Assembly: GCA_965242965.1 (NCBI GenBank)
Contig: OZ251518.1
Span: 3,232,001-3,296,000, forward strand
Length of the DNA: 64,000 nucleotides
Source of the DNA: Candidatus Poribacteria bacterium
GTDB taxonomy: Bacteria > Poribacteria > WGA-4E > WGA-3G
Reading direction: 5' to 3'
Shown in pieces: positions 10,401-18,062 of the stretch (position 1 is the first letter of the stretch; each line of letters opens with the position of its first letter). The notes beneath the pieces are model-generated. The model ran no database searches. It was not told the DNA's origin and was given only the letters and a program-made list of their open reading frames with translations. A program made the translations under genes and the position numbers.

Positions 10401-10812
10401 GGTGTTGACGTATGCCTCCCCGGAATTGCAGCCGGGCGCGTATGCGATGCGGCTCACAGCGAGCGATGTGCATGGAAACACGGCGGATGCGCGCATCGAT
10501 TTCCAAGTATACGGCACGGTATCGCTAGTGTCTTTCATGAACTACCCGAATCCGTTCGCGCGCGAGACGACGTTCTGTTGTGAACTGACGGCACCGGCAG
10601 ATGAACTTGAAGTCAAAATTTATACGCTGAGCGGAAGGCTTATCCGAACGTTGGAGACGCTGCCGACAGCGGGATTTTTCATGCTGGACTGGGACGGCAG
10701 GGATGCCGATGGCATGGAAGTGGCGAACGGTGTCTATTTCGCGAAGATTCGCATCCAACGCGAAGGTGAAAAGGACATTACCGAAATTTTGAAGATGATG
10801 AAACTCAAATAG
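4498..10812 (+). CDS. Large C25 (gingipain/PorU-like) cysteine peptidase with propeptide and C-terminal FlgD-Ig/T9SS-type sorting domain
   Basis: Signal peptide MKNIFVF; propeptide EPGYPQVP; ADYLVIT, YVVLFGD, IGRL, YAGHGG (His), LSCYNG (Cys), LFGDPAL; C-terminal NYPNPF..WDGRDADG..NGVYF. Confidence 0.85.
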   Translation: MKNIFVFPFVCLCLTLSFISMAVSVQAHMTQVTTAQGITVNFTLPELAQEEVAFDGNTYQHVRYVDCGFTAEPGYPQVPVTRVMLGVPLDMDIIVDNIAASPVRTVTGVRLPPVPIHGQWHESGHESGTEGVVSRSLTWRATVNQREPYPAPPLARIVQDGMLRSQRVVVLELTPVQYLPQARQLRTYAQLTVHLRFQPKTGNVSTSITRKTSNRQRRLRVTPRQVHAPTNLTERLANDEITNVLRTTEESDVYENALSRQLLNAEAARQFRAPRMQAPAAPAGFAPAPETSLRYKLSIEQNGIYQLTGESLSRDFGIELIGADPGTFRLWHNNREVPLFINGASDGRFDAADAFFFLGKKTDNPYTRWNVYWLTVDTPGHPARVPLLNASPGDATATQVPTFRSTVTFEEDKLTSNLEFLKPHAVTDGDKHAWFEALDFWYWDGIKNGSDTGEMRLEFPLYDVAKSFDAPFISVDLQGGTPVNHEILVAINGVRIDFAKWAQQDTLTVQRTLRAWDTFKDATAGASNILSLARVDDTFEEDTRRYPYHVYVNRFTVEYTRLFRAVYDELTFSAKGVTDEKEPRTGRKLQYKIHDFRNPNVHIFETDGMQLVAKLGGLAIEAAPVRGEARKRWHHLANQEKVEIDNVDFGTTKRDVQAPTTYAERLANNKKAYAATFQVPDTRQSQFIAVSEDALRLPTRIETVQPSELLSAANGADYLVITHPVFLQPAQRLADWRAQPEGGSYRTKVVTTDAIYNTFGDGSVHPKAIKAFLTHAYHHWMPPAPTYVVLFGDGTFDFRGIDTEVHPEPPELAGYIPTHYIHTDAFGRTASDHWYVTLSGYDEFTDVYIGRLTVETTAEADAVVDKIVAYEQRLPNGAWRRRIISVADDEVSNSGDFIFKKSLNEIAKNHTLLGYETVEVFLEDVIDEVEARPADYPNLLPQRVAKNRIIDALSEGAIIAQYAGHGGRVVWAHEAIFDNAAIDRLDETSQTPFMLVLSCYNGYFDEPGEPSMAEKLLRKERGGIIGMLSATRLTYAGGNDALNRIIFDMIFKRNVRRLGPLSFDSKVELLLTEGTGQIDVMMEYTLFGDPALQIATPTYEIRPQIQTKTVAPGDTLRIAPGYVESVQYDATHQTKRWAPHSTFDGPLTVKALFPGKTAIGQGVAGPVEYYTGDVIVTQTLQVTGGAFPSVNLAVPRNIASGDAHVEYYAESTDTLAVGGDGFTVNVPKILDIVPELVGQETWTLAVQVSDDNEQLAAVTVEWRNPQTRQWEVVSLVPRAEEIGWWTLPNPLPAPTDGSVIRYEITVTDTDDTSVRTDILRYYPYVYPNLSVVTAAGEDVVRYGYNDGDAGGRGWFLAADVQCEGVPPSVPVTVAFFRGTPDKDEDDVLDADATPLGMGRIAPTAWVSHNPLNVITDNADDGTMERAAQTAKVYEPDVLNTLPIATAALAHELPFGTHDIFVVVDSAAIVQENDEEDNIGHRRMQVDIGLIGPQSTQIRSLDGHSALTAPPNALATPTVMAMRPLNDTSELGLFTGERIPLPGKETLAYDMVRIPTETAEQLHPFAMPVTIDLSLDMAELRRNLTRELFGDAEATEVSDGVTDTLVVSEAVTSRARETGVYLWHLQLGKWTRLVSVPLTDASGTLTERMQVTKVSEENRGEGGVRDVRIQEQGARLGKWILFFTGPRTYRLLLAPLEGAPSENESTSSLRLLPAETVATSRPLTSFNPAYPEWTDGLFLHIEPDSEEPFAFGDTLTFRLTRLEDTPNDANSPNFRWYASSFRNSNEGSGTVSAIQLAPNSAMPADRWVLFFVSESEFQIEGEKHGLLRGEDGAPLRGTSGNPFRYAPYGLSLTLTEGKRPFTAGDTFLFETRSVATIRATTRISGPVTLMHSADTVPPDIQLTINSQQHFVTGDATGTTPQIGATLTDESGVDFLTRPVTLELGDATGAYEPIATAAYQLAHVPGSNQVVLTYASPELQPGAYAMRLTASDVHGNTADARIDFQVYGTVSLVSFMNYPNPFARETTFCCELTAPADELEVKIYTLSGRLIRTLETLPTAGFFMLDWDGRDADGMEVANGVYFAKIRIQREGEKDITEILKMMKLK
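5127..5218 (+). repeat. ~92-bp palindromic element in-frame within the C25 gene
   Basis: Nearly the same as 4367-4459; translated RKTSNRQRRLRVTPRQVHAPTNLTERLANDE. Confidence 0.8.
6421..6510 (+). repeat. Diverged third copy of the palindromic element in-frame within the C25 gene
   Basis: GAAATCGACAACGTCGATTTC..GCACCAACCACCTACGCCGAACGCCTTGCGAAC. Confidence 0.7.
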
Positions 10813-10968
10813 GAGCAGGATTTTCAGGATTTAGGAGCAGGATTTTCAGGATTTTCAAGATTTGTAAGATGAGGGCTCTGGGGTGTCGGCAGTTGTTTGG
10901 TGCTGCCACATCTGCCTATTAGGAGCAGGATTTTCAAGATTTGCAGGATAAGAGGATTTATACGGACG

Positions 10969-12033
10969 ATGGAAAAGAGATACGACATACCAGTCAGCAG
11001 GTTGGCACTTGTGCTAACCGCCATCCTTTGCTTTGCGTTACCGGTGGATGCCGACTACACCGCCGATTTCTTGAACCTCGGCGCGGGGGCGCGCGCTTTA
11101 GGCATGGGCGGCGCGGGAATAGCGACAACGCACGATGCCACGGCGACGTATTGGAACCCGGCAGGTATGGGGCATCGCTCTGGCACAACTGCCAAGCGGC
11201 CCCGTTATGAGCTAAGCCTGATGCGTTCAACGCTGAGCGGCGTGGCGGCTTATACGTTCGTGGGTTACAGCCATCCAATAAGCGAGGAGAGTGCCATCGG
11301 CATCAGTTGGCTGCGTGTCGGTGTTGACGATATTCCACTCACGGGGCTCTCGGTGGCGAGTAAACCAGTCGGCCCGACGAACCGGCCGAAGGTTATCGGC
11401 ACATTTAGCAACACGGACAACGCCTTCCTCCTCGCGGGGGGATGGAAACTGCCATCGCCGCATCCGTTCACCTTCCGGCTCGGCGGCGCGCTGAAACTGC
11501 TCTATATTGATAGTTATCGGAATACGAACGCTATCGGTGGCGGTGGGGATATCGGCTTCCTAATTACGCTTTCGGATACCAGAAAAAGGGACATCCCTGT
11601 CCCGATGCGTAAACAAATTACCCTCGGTATCCGTGCGTGTGATATTTTTACGACGAAACTCTATTGGAACACGCCGCCGGCGACAGAAGGAGAAACGCCG
11701 CACACCGAGACGATTTTGCCTAACTTCAAATTCGGCATCGCGGGGACGCATCCGCTACCATTCCTCGGTAGCACGCTGACGCTGGCGTGTGATGCAAATA
11801 CGCAGCACGGGTTAGAACTCCATGCCGGTGCGGAACTTACACTCTTTGAACTGCTGGCGTTGCGCGTTGGGACGGATGGCAGAAACGGGACTGAATACAT
11901 TCAGCAGGTAACAGCCGGTGTCGGTTTGCAACTACGCTTCCTTACCGGGGCTGCCGCCGCTGTTGACTATGCATGGACGAATCACCCCGCGTTGGGTGGG
12001 AGTCATCGGATGTCTTTCCAAATGGGATTTTAA
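10969..12033 (+). CDS. PorV/PorQ-like outer-membrane beta-barrel (T9SS shuttle-like)
   Basis: FLNLGAGARALGMGGA, ATYWNPAG, LALRVG, DYAW..LGGSHRMS, C-terminal Phe; directly follows the PorU-like gene. Confidence 0.8.
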   Translation: MEKRYDIPVSRLALVLTAILCFALPVDADYTADFLNLGAGARALGMGGAGIATTHDATATYWNPAGMGHRSGTTAKRPRYELSLMRSTLSGVAAYTFVGYSHPISEESAIGISWLRVGVDDIPLTGLSVASKPVGPTNRPKVIGTFSNTDNAFLLAGGWKLPSPHPFTFRLGGALKLLYIDSYRNTNAIGGGGDIGFLITLSDTRKRDIPVPMRKQITLGIRACDIFTTKLYWNTPPATEGETPHTETILPNFKFGIAGTHPLPFLGSTLTLACDANTQHGLELHAGAELTLFELLALRVGTDGRNGTEYIQQVTAGVGLQLRFLTGAAAAVDYAWTNHPALGGSHRMSFQMGF

Positions 12034-12055
12034 TGAACGATTCTGTTTTCCCCCG

Positions 12056-12360
12056 TAGGAGAGACCTCCTGGTCTCGATGCAAGCGATGTCCCCGTAGGA
12101 GAGACCTCCCGGTCTCGATTTCTTCCTCCCGGTCTCGATGTGTTTCGTATTGGGACAGGGATGTCCCCCCTACCGGGAAAACCTCAAAACACCCGCTGTC
12201 GTTTGCAATCGCCGGATTACAAAGCGTTCAGGCGCAGGCGCGCCGGTCCTATAGGCGGGGCTCATTGCTCTCGTTTGCGAGATTGAAGTCTGGCAGCATC
12301 GAGACCAGGAGGTCTCTCCCACCAGGAAGGCATCGAGACCAGGAGGTCTCTCCTACCGGT
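12056..12360. repeat. Cluster of GTAGGAGAGACCTCC(T/C)GGTCTCGATG REP-type hairpins
   Basis: Several direct and inverted copies; family recurs throughout the window. Confidence 0.85.
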
Positions 12361-12404
12361 GATGTGGGGAACCTGTCAATGTCTCTCTTCTTGGTGCTGT
12401 AAGT

Positions 12405-12827
12405 TTAACCGTTCCCTGCTAATCTCCTCAGCATTTGTGGCGGCGTAAGAACGGGAATGTCGCTCGCCGCGAATCCTGTGGCATCACGGGTAACAATCAC
12501 ATCAAGTTGCATGCGCGTTGCGCAGGCAATCTGCAGATTGTCCTCAAAATCGGGACCCTCAAGCGTTGCTGCCGTCTGGAGTTCCTCAATCCCGACTGGG
12601 ATAATGGGCAGGTGGTTCAAAATGTAGTGAACCGATTGCCACGCTTTTGCAAGCCCCGCATGACGGTGACTGAGGTAAAAAATATCTGTGAGCGTCGTCG
12701 CCGTGACATAAGCAACGAATTGCTTCTCGCGATGCGCTTCCCAAAGAGGCTTGGTATCGGTAATCCAAGGCGGCCGCTCAAGCAACGCGTCCATAACCAC
12801 GTTCGTATCCAATAGGGCGTGTATCAT
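12405..12827 (-). CDS. PIN-domain (VapC-like) toxin
   Basis: LLDTNVVMD, TTLTDIFY, DFEDNLQIACA, IVTRD; ATG overlaps upstream TGA (ATGA). Confidence 0.85.
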   Translation of the reverse strand: MIHALLDTNVVMDALLERPPWITDTKPLWEAHREKQFVAYVTATTLTDIFYLSHRHAGLAKAWQSVHYILNHLPIIPVGIEELQTAATLEGPDFEDNLQIACATRMQLDVIVTRDATGFAASDIPVLTPPQMLRRLAGNG

Positions 12828-13060
12828 TCGTATCGCTTCATGCGCTCCTCTTTGATAATTCGCTTGCATTCCTCGTCGGAGGGCGGCGGGGCATCCGTTT
12901 TAAGGATTCCAAACACCTCTTCTAGTGGGATAGTCATTGGCGGCATTAGCGGCCTCGGCGGGACCACGGTTTCCAGAATGCGCCGAGCAAGATCGATTCG
13001 CATATCCGCATCCCAGGTCTTCACCCGGTCAAGCACTTCAAAAACTTGTTCTGTATCCAT
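12824..13060 (-). CDS. Small putative antitoxin upstream of the PIN toxin
   Basis: 78 aa, RBS GAGGTG, translationally coupled to PIN gene; PPPSDEECKRII..ERMKRY C-terminus. Confidence 0.7.
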   Translation of the reverse strand: MDTEQVFEVLDRVKTWDADMRIDLARRILETVVPPRPLMPPMTIPLEEVFGILKTDAPPPSDEECKRIIKEERMKRYE

Positions 13061-13125
13061 GCGTTGTTACACCTCATTATTAGTGCGAAGATTGCTGGCG
13101 TGCTTCCGCACGCCAGCAACTGAAA

Positions 13126-15570
13126 CTACTCCGCTTTCCGAATCGTCAAGCGGTAGTGCTGTCCGACCTTCTTCGTGTCGACAATCTCATGCCCATCGTT
13201 GGTGAGACTCTTCGGCACGTTCTCGATGGGTTCGCCATCGTCAATCGTAATCTCCAAGAGTTGCCCGAGCTGCATCGTCTCCAAACGAATCTTCGCTTGG
13301 ACATAGTTGAACGGGCAGGCGACTCCCTTCAAATCGAGGCTATCCACGATTTCCTCGACCGGTTTCGTCTCCTTGACAACCCTCGGCTTCCGCGCTTTGC
13401 GCGAGCGACGCGTCTTGCGGCGGCTCTGCTCCTCTTCCTCCTGTTTGATGCGCATGCGTCCGTAGACGTTATGCGATTCTTCTACAAAGAGGGTGGCTTC
13501 TTCCACGCGGCGGTGCGCCAATTCGTGGTTGAAGGTAGCAACATCCTCTTCTGTCGCTTTGAAGAGATGCGCGCCGTATCCGGCGAAGAAGTTGCCGGGC
13601 TCAAAGAACCGAGCACGGAAATCGGCGACGGTGGTGGCATCGTCAATATACTGCAACCCTACCGTCGTCAAGAGGCCGTCTGCCGCCCGAATCATCGCGT
13701 TGAAAGCGAGTTCCGCTGAATCTTGGTAGTTCCCCTTCTCCAAGTTCAAGCCGGATTCGTAGATGAGCCGGTCTGCTTCTTCCAACTTGAAAGAGACGAG
13801 CGCGACTAACTGCCCCGCACACTCGCCGACACCTGTCTTGAGTTGGAACTCCTTCGTGTCACCGGTGTCCACGTAAAACTCCGGTGCCTCTTCGTAAGAG
13901 GGAATCTTATCATACTTGGACAAGATAGACTTGATCTTCGCCTTGCCAAGCCGCCCGACGTAATCGGTGAAGGATTCCTCTTCGTGGCGTTCGGCAGTGT
14001 ATTTCCCGGTGAGTTCTTCGATGAACGCCGGGATATACTTGCCGTGGATTTTCCCCGTGGCGAGCCCGTAGGAACTCGCGTTCTCTATCATGTGCCCGCC
14101 GAGTAACACCTGATAATAGGGAGCGATGTGCCCACCCATCCGTCGCGAAGAACCGAAGAAACCAATGTTCGCGATGTGGTGCTGGCCGCACGAATTCGGG
14201 CATCCGCTGATTTTGATCCGCAGGCCCTTGATTTCATCTGGCACACCGGTTTCAGTGAAATGGTCGCGGAGGTGCGCCGCCAATCCACGTGAAGAGGAAA
14301 CGCCGAGTTTGCAAGAATCGGTGCCAGGGCAGGCGGTGATGTCCACCGTCGATTCTGCACCCGGGTCGCCCAAGCCGACTGCCTTCAGGTCGCGGTAGAG
14401 CGCAGGCAGGTCTGTCATCGTTACCCAGCGGAGGACGATATTCTGCTCCACCGTAGCGCGGATAGTGTCCTTGACATATTTCCGCGAGATGTCTGCTAAA
14501 GCGCGCGTCTGGTCTGCCGTGATGTCACCGAGTGGCAACGTAATCGTGACAAACGCGTAGCCGGGCTGTTTCTGAAACTTGACATTGGACTGATACCACG
14601 CCTCAAACCCATCCGGCTTCGAGGTGCCGTTGAGTTGCGTCGGTGCTTTGAGCGGGCTTTCGTTGTAAGCGTCTAAGTCGTCCAGATACGCTGTCCATGC
14701 CGAGTCGTGCCGTAGTTGCTCGCGTTCCTCCAACACCAGCCGGCGGAATTCCTCAATACCGTATTTGGCGATGACGAACTTGAGGCGCGCCTTGTTCCGA
14801 TTCCGACGTTCGCCTAGGCGGGTGAAAACCTTGGAGATTGCCTGTGAGATCGGGAGGAGTTCTTTCTCGGAGACAAAATCGTCAAAGATTTTCGCCTGAT
14901 GCGGCACTGCGCCGAGTCCACCGCCGACATAGAGTTTAAAACCGCGCTTGACTTCTCCATCTACCTCCTTCACAGCGGCGACTGCACCGATGTCGTGCAT
15001 GTTCGCCAAACCGCAGGCGTGTTCTTCACACCCCGAAAACGCGATTTTGAACTTCCGTCCGAAATCCTGCGCGTCCGGATGCCCCAACAAAAATGCGGAT
15101 AACGCCTTGGAGTAGGGTGTCACGTCAAACGTCTCGTCTTGGCAAACCCCGGTGATGGGGCATGCGGTGACGTTTCGGACGACATTGCCGCACGCTTCCT
15201 TCGTCGTGATGTCAACGCTGGCGAGGCGGCGCATCAACTCCGGCGTGTTGTTGATGTCGACGTAGTGATACTGCACATCTTGGCGGGTTGTGATGTGAAT
15301 GATATTGTCCGAGAACTCTTCCGCCACATCCGCGAGCATTTCAAGTTGCGCCGCGGTAAGCCCGCCAAACGGGATTTTGACGCGAATCATCTGTGAACCG
15401 TCATCGCGCTGGCCGTAAACCCCGTGTCGGAGCCGGAATTCGGTGAAGAGCGTCTCTTCCACTTGGCCGGCTTGCACGCGGTTGAGTTGGATTTCGTAAA
15501 TTTCAATGGCGCGGGCCTCATCGGGCGGAATCGCCGCCGCGTTAAATGGGCCCGCATGTTCGATAGCCAT
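13126..15570 (-). CDS. Ferredoxin-type nitrite/sulfite reductase (siroheme, 4Fe-4S) fused to a helical (HEPN-like) domain and C-terminal TusA/SirA domain
   Basis: HGVYGQR, HITTRQDVQ, RKFKIAFSGC, TACPGTDSC, SGCPNSCGQHH; C-terminal LDLKGVACPFNYV. Confidence 0.9.
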   Translation of the reverse strand: MAIEHAGPFNAAAIPPDEARAIEIYEIQLNRVQAGQVEETLFTEFRLRHGVYGQRDDGSQMIRVKIPFGGLTAAQLEMLADVAEEFSDNIIHITTRQDVQYHYVDINNTPELMRRLASVDITTKEACGNVVRNVTACPITGVCQDETFDVTPYSKALSAFLLGHPDAQDFGRKFKIAFSGCEEHACGLANMHDIGAVAAVKEVDGEVKRGFKLYVGGGLGAVPHQAKIFDDFVSEKELLPISQAISKVFTRLGERRNRNKARLKFVIAKYGIEEFRRLVLEEREQLRHDSAWTAYLDDLDAYNESPLKAPTQLNGTSKPDGFEAWYQSNVKFQKQPGYAFVTITLPLGDITADQTRALADISRKYVKDTIRATVEQNIVLRWVTMTDLPALYRDLKAVGLGDPGAESTVDITACPGTDSCKLGVSSSRGLAAHLRDHFTETGVPDEIKGLRIKISGCPNSCGQHHIANIGFFGSSRRMGGHIAPYYQVLLGGHMIENASSYGLATGKIHGKYIPAFIEELTGKYTAERHEEESFTDYVGRLGKAKIKSILSKYDKIPSYEEAPEFYVDTGDTKEFQLKTGVGECAGQLVALVSFKLEEADRLIYESGLNLEKGNYQDSAELAFNAMIRAADGLLTTVGLQYIDDATTVADFRARFFEPGNFFAGYGAHLFKATEEDVATFNHELAHRRVEEATLFVEESHNVYGRMRIKQEEEEQSRRKTRRSRKARKPRVVKETKPVEEIVDSLDLKGVACPFNYVQAKIRLETMQLGQLLEITIDDGEPIENVPKSLTNDGHEIVDTKKVGQHYRLTIRKAE

Positions 15571-15685
15571 AAATGCTCCTTATTAGGACGTAAGTTGCTC
15601 TTATCCAGTTTGTGCCTATCTTAAGTTATATAGTATACCCACAATTCGTTTTTAAATCAAGGGCGAAATTTTATGAGCCTTCTGA

Positions 15686-15819
15686 GGTGAGTGCCCTCGG
15701 CATTAACTGCACCGAAACTCTAGTAGGAGAGACCTCCTTGTCTTGATGGCTTCCCGGTAGGAGAGCCCTTCCGGTCTCGATGCCCCGCGGTGACTGCCCT
15801 CGGCATTAACTGCACCGAA
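15686..15819. repeat. 31-bp direct repeats bracketing a REP pair
   Basis: GGTGA(G/C)TGCCCTCGGCATTAACTGCACCGAA at 15686-15716 and 15789-15819. Confidence 0.8.
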
Positions 15820-15829
15820 CCCTTGGCAA

Positions 15830-16927
15830 TTAGTGACTGCCGGGTGCATCACCCCAATCAGGAATGGAAAGCAATTCGCCATCGCGAAGTGCTGATTGAT
15901 GCGCGACGATGCCCGGCGCGCAATACCGAACCGCCTCCCATACATTCACTCGCGGCAAACGCTGCCGATTGACTGCATCCACGAATTCATGCACGAGATA
16001 GGCATGCGAACCGCCGTGGCCACCCAAGTCTGCCGCAAGTGCCTCCGGTAAATCGCTGTGCAGTCTCGGCGGTGCCACCGATTGATGCCCGTGCTTATCT
16101 GCCCACACGCGGCCCGCCAAACTTTGCTCAAAACTGGCTTCCGTTCCGTAGATACCGCTGACGCGCTCACTGCCGGGATGCCCAATCCGCCGAAATTCAC
16201 AGATTTGCATCGTCGCGCCGTTGCTCATTGTGAACAACCCGACTTCGTTGGAGAACGGGTTCTTGTGGATGGTATCCTCGCGAAACCAATCGTCATTCGG
16301 ATAGACATATCCCTGCGCGGAGACGTTGGTGGCGTGCGCCTTCATCACAGAAATCGGAAAGCAGGTGGAATGCGTGGGATAATGCATCGGAATCGCGCCG
16401 CTTTTGTCCATCCCCCATTGCGCACCCCACCGATTTTTCGCCACGTTATAGAGTCCGTGACTCATGTCGTGAAAATATTCGGCGCGGCAGTGAACGAACT
16501 CGCCGAACTCGCCTTCCGCCGCTTTCTGCCGACAAAAAACCGCCTCCGGCCGGAAATAACTCGTCTCGCCGTTCATGTAAATCATCCCTGTGCGTTCGAC
16601 GCTGCGGACTAACTGCTCGCATTCGTCTAGGGAAACGGCTGCTGGAACAGCGGTATAGACATGTTTTCCGGCTTCCATCGCTTGGATTGCCTGCGGTGCG
16701 TGCATCCAGTGCTGCGTGATAATCACGAGCGCGTCCAAATCCGAACGGCAAATCTCATCAAGACTCCGATACGTTTCGGCGATTTGGAATTGGTTCGCCC
16801 ATTTCGACAGCCGGTCTTCGCGTAAATCGCACAAGGCGAGGCGATGCACGTCCGGGTGCGCTTGAAATGCGCTGATAAACGCCGGTCCGAACATCCCCAA
16901 CCCTACCATTCCGACGCTGATACTCAT
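15830..16927 (-). CDS. Gfo/Idh/MocA family oxidoreductase
   Basis: VGMVGLGMFG Rossmann, AGKHVY, HYPTHS, GGHGGSH. Confidence 0.85.
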   Translation of the reverse strand: MSISVGMVGLGMFGPAFISAFQAHPDVHRLALCDLREDRLSKWANQFQIAETYRSLDEICRSDLDALVIITQHWMHAPQAIQAMEAGKHVYTAVPAAVSLDECEQLVRSVERTGMIYMNGETSYFRPEAVFCRQKAAEGEFGEFVHCRAEYFHDMSHGLYNVAKNRWGAQWGMDKSGAIPMHYPTHSTCFPISVMKAHATNVSAQGYVYPNDDWFREDTIHKNPFSNEVGLFTMSNGATMQICEFRRIGHPGSERVSGIYGTEASFEQSLAGRVWADKHGHQSVAPPRLHSDLPEALAADLGGHGGSHAYLVHEFVDAVNRQRLPRVNVWEAVRYCAPGIVAHQSALRDGELLSIPDWGDAPGSH

Positions 16928-17709
16928 TGCTTTTCCTCATACGGGTCTTCCTTCGTCAGCTCCCCGTTGGGCAGTTCGTAGTAGATATGCCCATTGAAAG
17001 AATAGACGTTGGGAATCCCCTTCTTGCGGTTTTCTTCCTGAGCCCTTTTGGCGGCCCGATTGCCGATTCGCTGGAACTCGTGTGCCTGTTTATAGGTTTC
17101 CAGGCTTAATTCGTCTTGACGCATTGTTATTCCTCCGTTGCGAATATCTCGCATAAAGAGTTCAAAGGCCTCTGGCTCGGTAACCGTGAACTGATTGCGT
17201 TCCCCAAAGGCGACTTCCTGAGGATATTGCCCAGAGTTGGCGAATAGATTCCACCGCTCCGCCAGAGCTCGGTAGATGTGCCAAAAGTTCTGTTTGCTCC
17301 GATAAAATCGGCGCACGACATCTTCCGTTGGCACATGATGTCCACCTGCCTCCACCCGATTTCGCACGCGAGCGACGCTCATCTCAGGCGATTTGAGGAA
17401 GATGAAAACGATTGTCACGGTATATCCCGCACGCTTCAATTGAGAGATGAGCCGCTCAAACCCTTTTCCGGCGAGGGTGACTTCAACAGCGAAATCCTTT
17501 TCAGCTTCGATGAGGCGGCGCATCTCCACGAAAAATAGCCGCCCTGCCTGAAGTTTGACTTTGTCCATGTCCTCAGGCTTTGATACCAGGGTTGCCGCTA
17601 TTGCGTCAGCACTGATGTATTCCATATCAGCGTCGCGGAGATATTCCGATGCAAATGTCGTTTTACCAGAGCCGTTTGGACCGGCGATGATGATGACGTT
17701 TTTGGGCAC
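16924..17709 (-). CDS. Zeta-toxin-like P-loop ATPase fused in-frame to its usual small downstream partner
   Basis: IAGPNGSGKTT, ISADAIA, RVRNRVEAGGHHVP; C-terminal 66 aa begin at internal GGAGG-N6-ATG (17124). Confidence 0.8.
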   Translation of the reverse strand: MPKNVIIIAGPNGSGKTTFASEYLRDADMEYISADAIAATLVSKPEDMDKVKLQAGRLFFVEMRRLIEAEKDFAVEVTLAGKGFERLISQLKRAGYTVTIVFIFLKSPEMSVARVRNRVEAGGHHVPTEDVVRRFYRSKQNFWHIYRALAERWNLFANSGQYPQEVAFGERNQFTVTEPEAFELFMRDIRNGGITMRQDELSLETYKQAHEFQRIGNRAAKRAQEENRKKGIPNVYSFNGHIYYELPNGELTKEDPYEEKQ

Positions 17710-17744
17710 AGGTCTGCCTTCCGATTTCCTAACTGGTTTGTTAT

Positions 17745-17774
17745 ATTATATCATATTGACTTTATTTTTGTCAA
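17745..17774 (-). promoter_or_regulatory. sigma70 promoter with overlapping TTGAC-N9-GTCAA palindrome
   Basis: TTGACA-18-TATAAT with TG extension; inverted repeat overlaps -35. Confidence 0.65.
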
Positions 17775-17839
17775 ATTAAAGCAGGATTTTCAAGATTCGC
17801 CAGATTTCCATGATTATGAGACTTTAGTAACTGCAAAGC

Positions 17840-17876
17840 AAAAAGCGCGGAGAGAATCGAAATTCACTCCCCGCGC
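17840..17876 (-). terminator. Intrinsic terminator
   Basis: GCGCGGGGAG-loop-CTCTCCGCGC followed by TTTTT on the minus strand. Confidence 0.55.
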
Positions 17877-18062
17877 ATTAAAATCCCAGAACTGCTCCTG
17901 TCCTGTTTGAGAGCAGGCACTCTCAAACGACAGAAGCGGGATAACTGAATCGTCCTGACCTCTCATAGCATTTTTGAAATTAAAATTTCTTGACAAAATT
18001 GCCGACAACCGGCATAATAATCTCCATAACTCTATTTTTCACCAATGGGAAGGAATGAAAAT

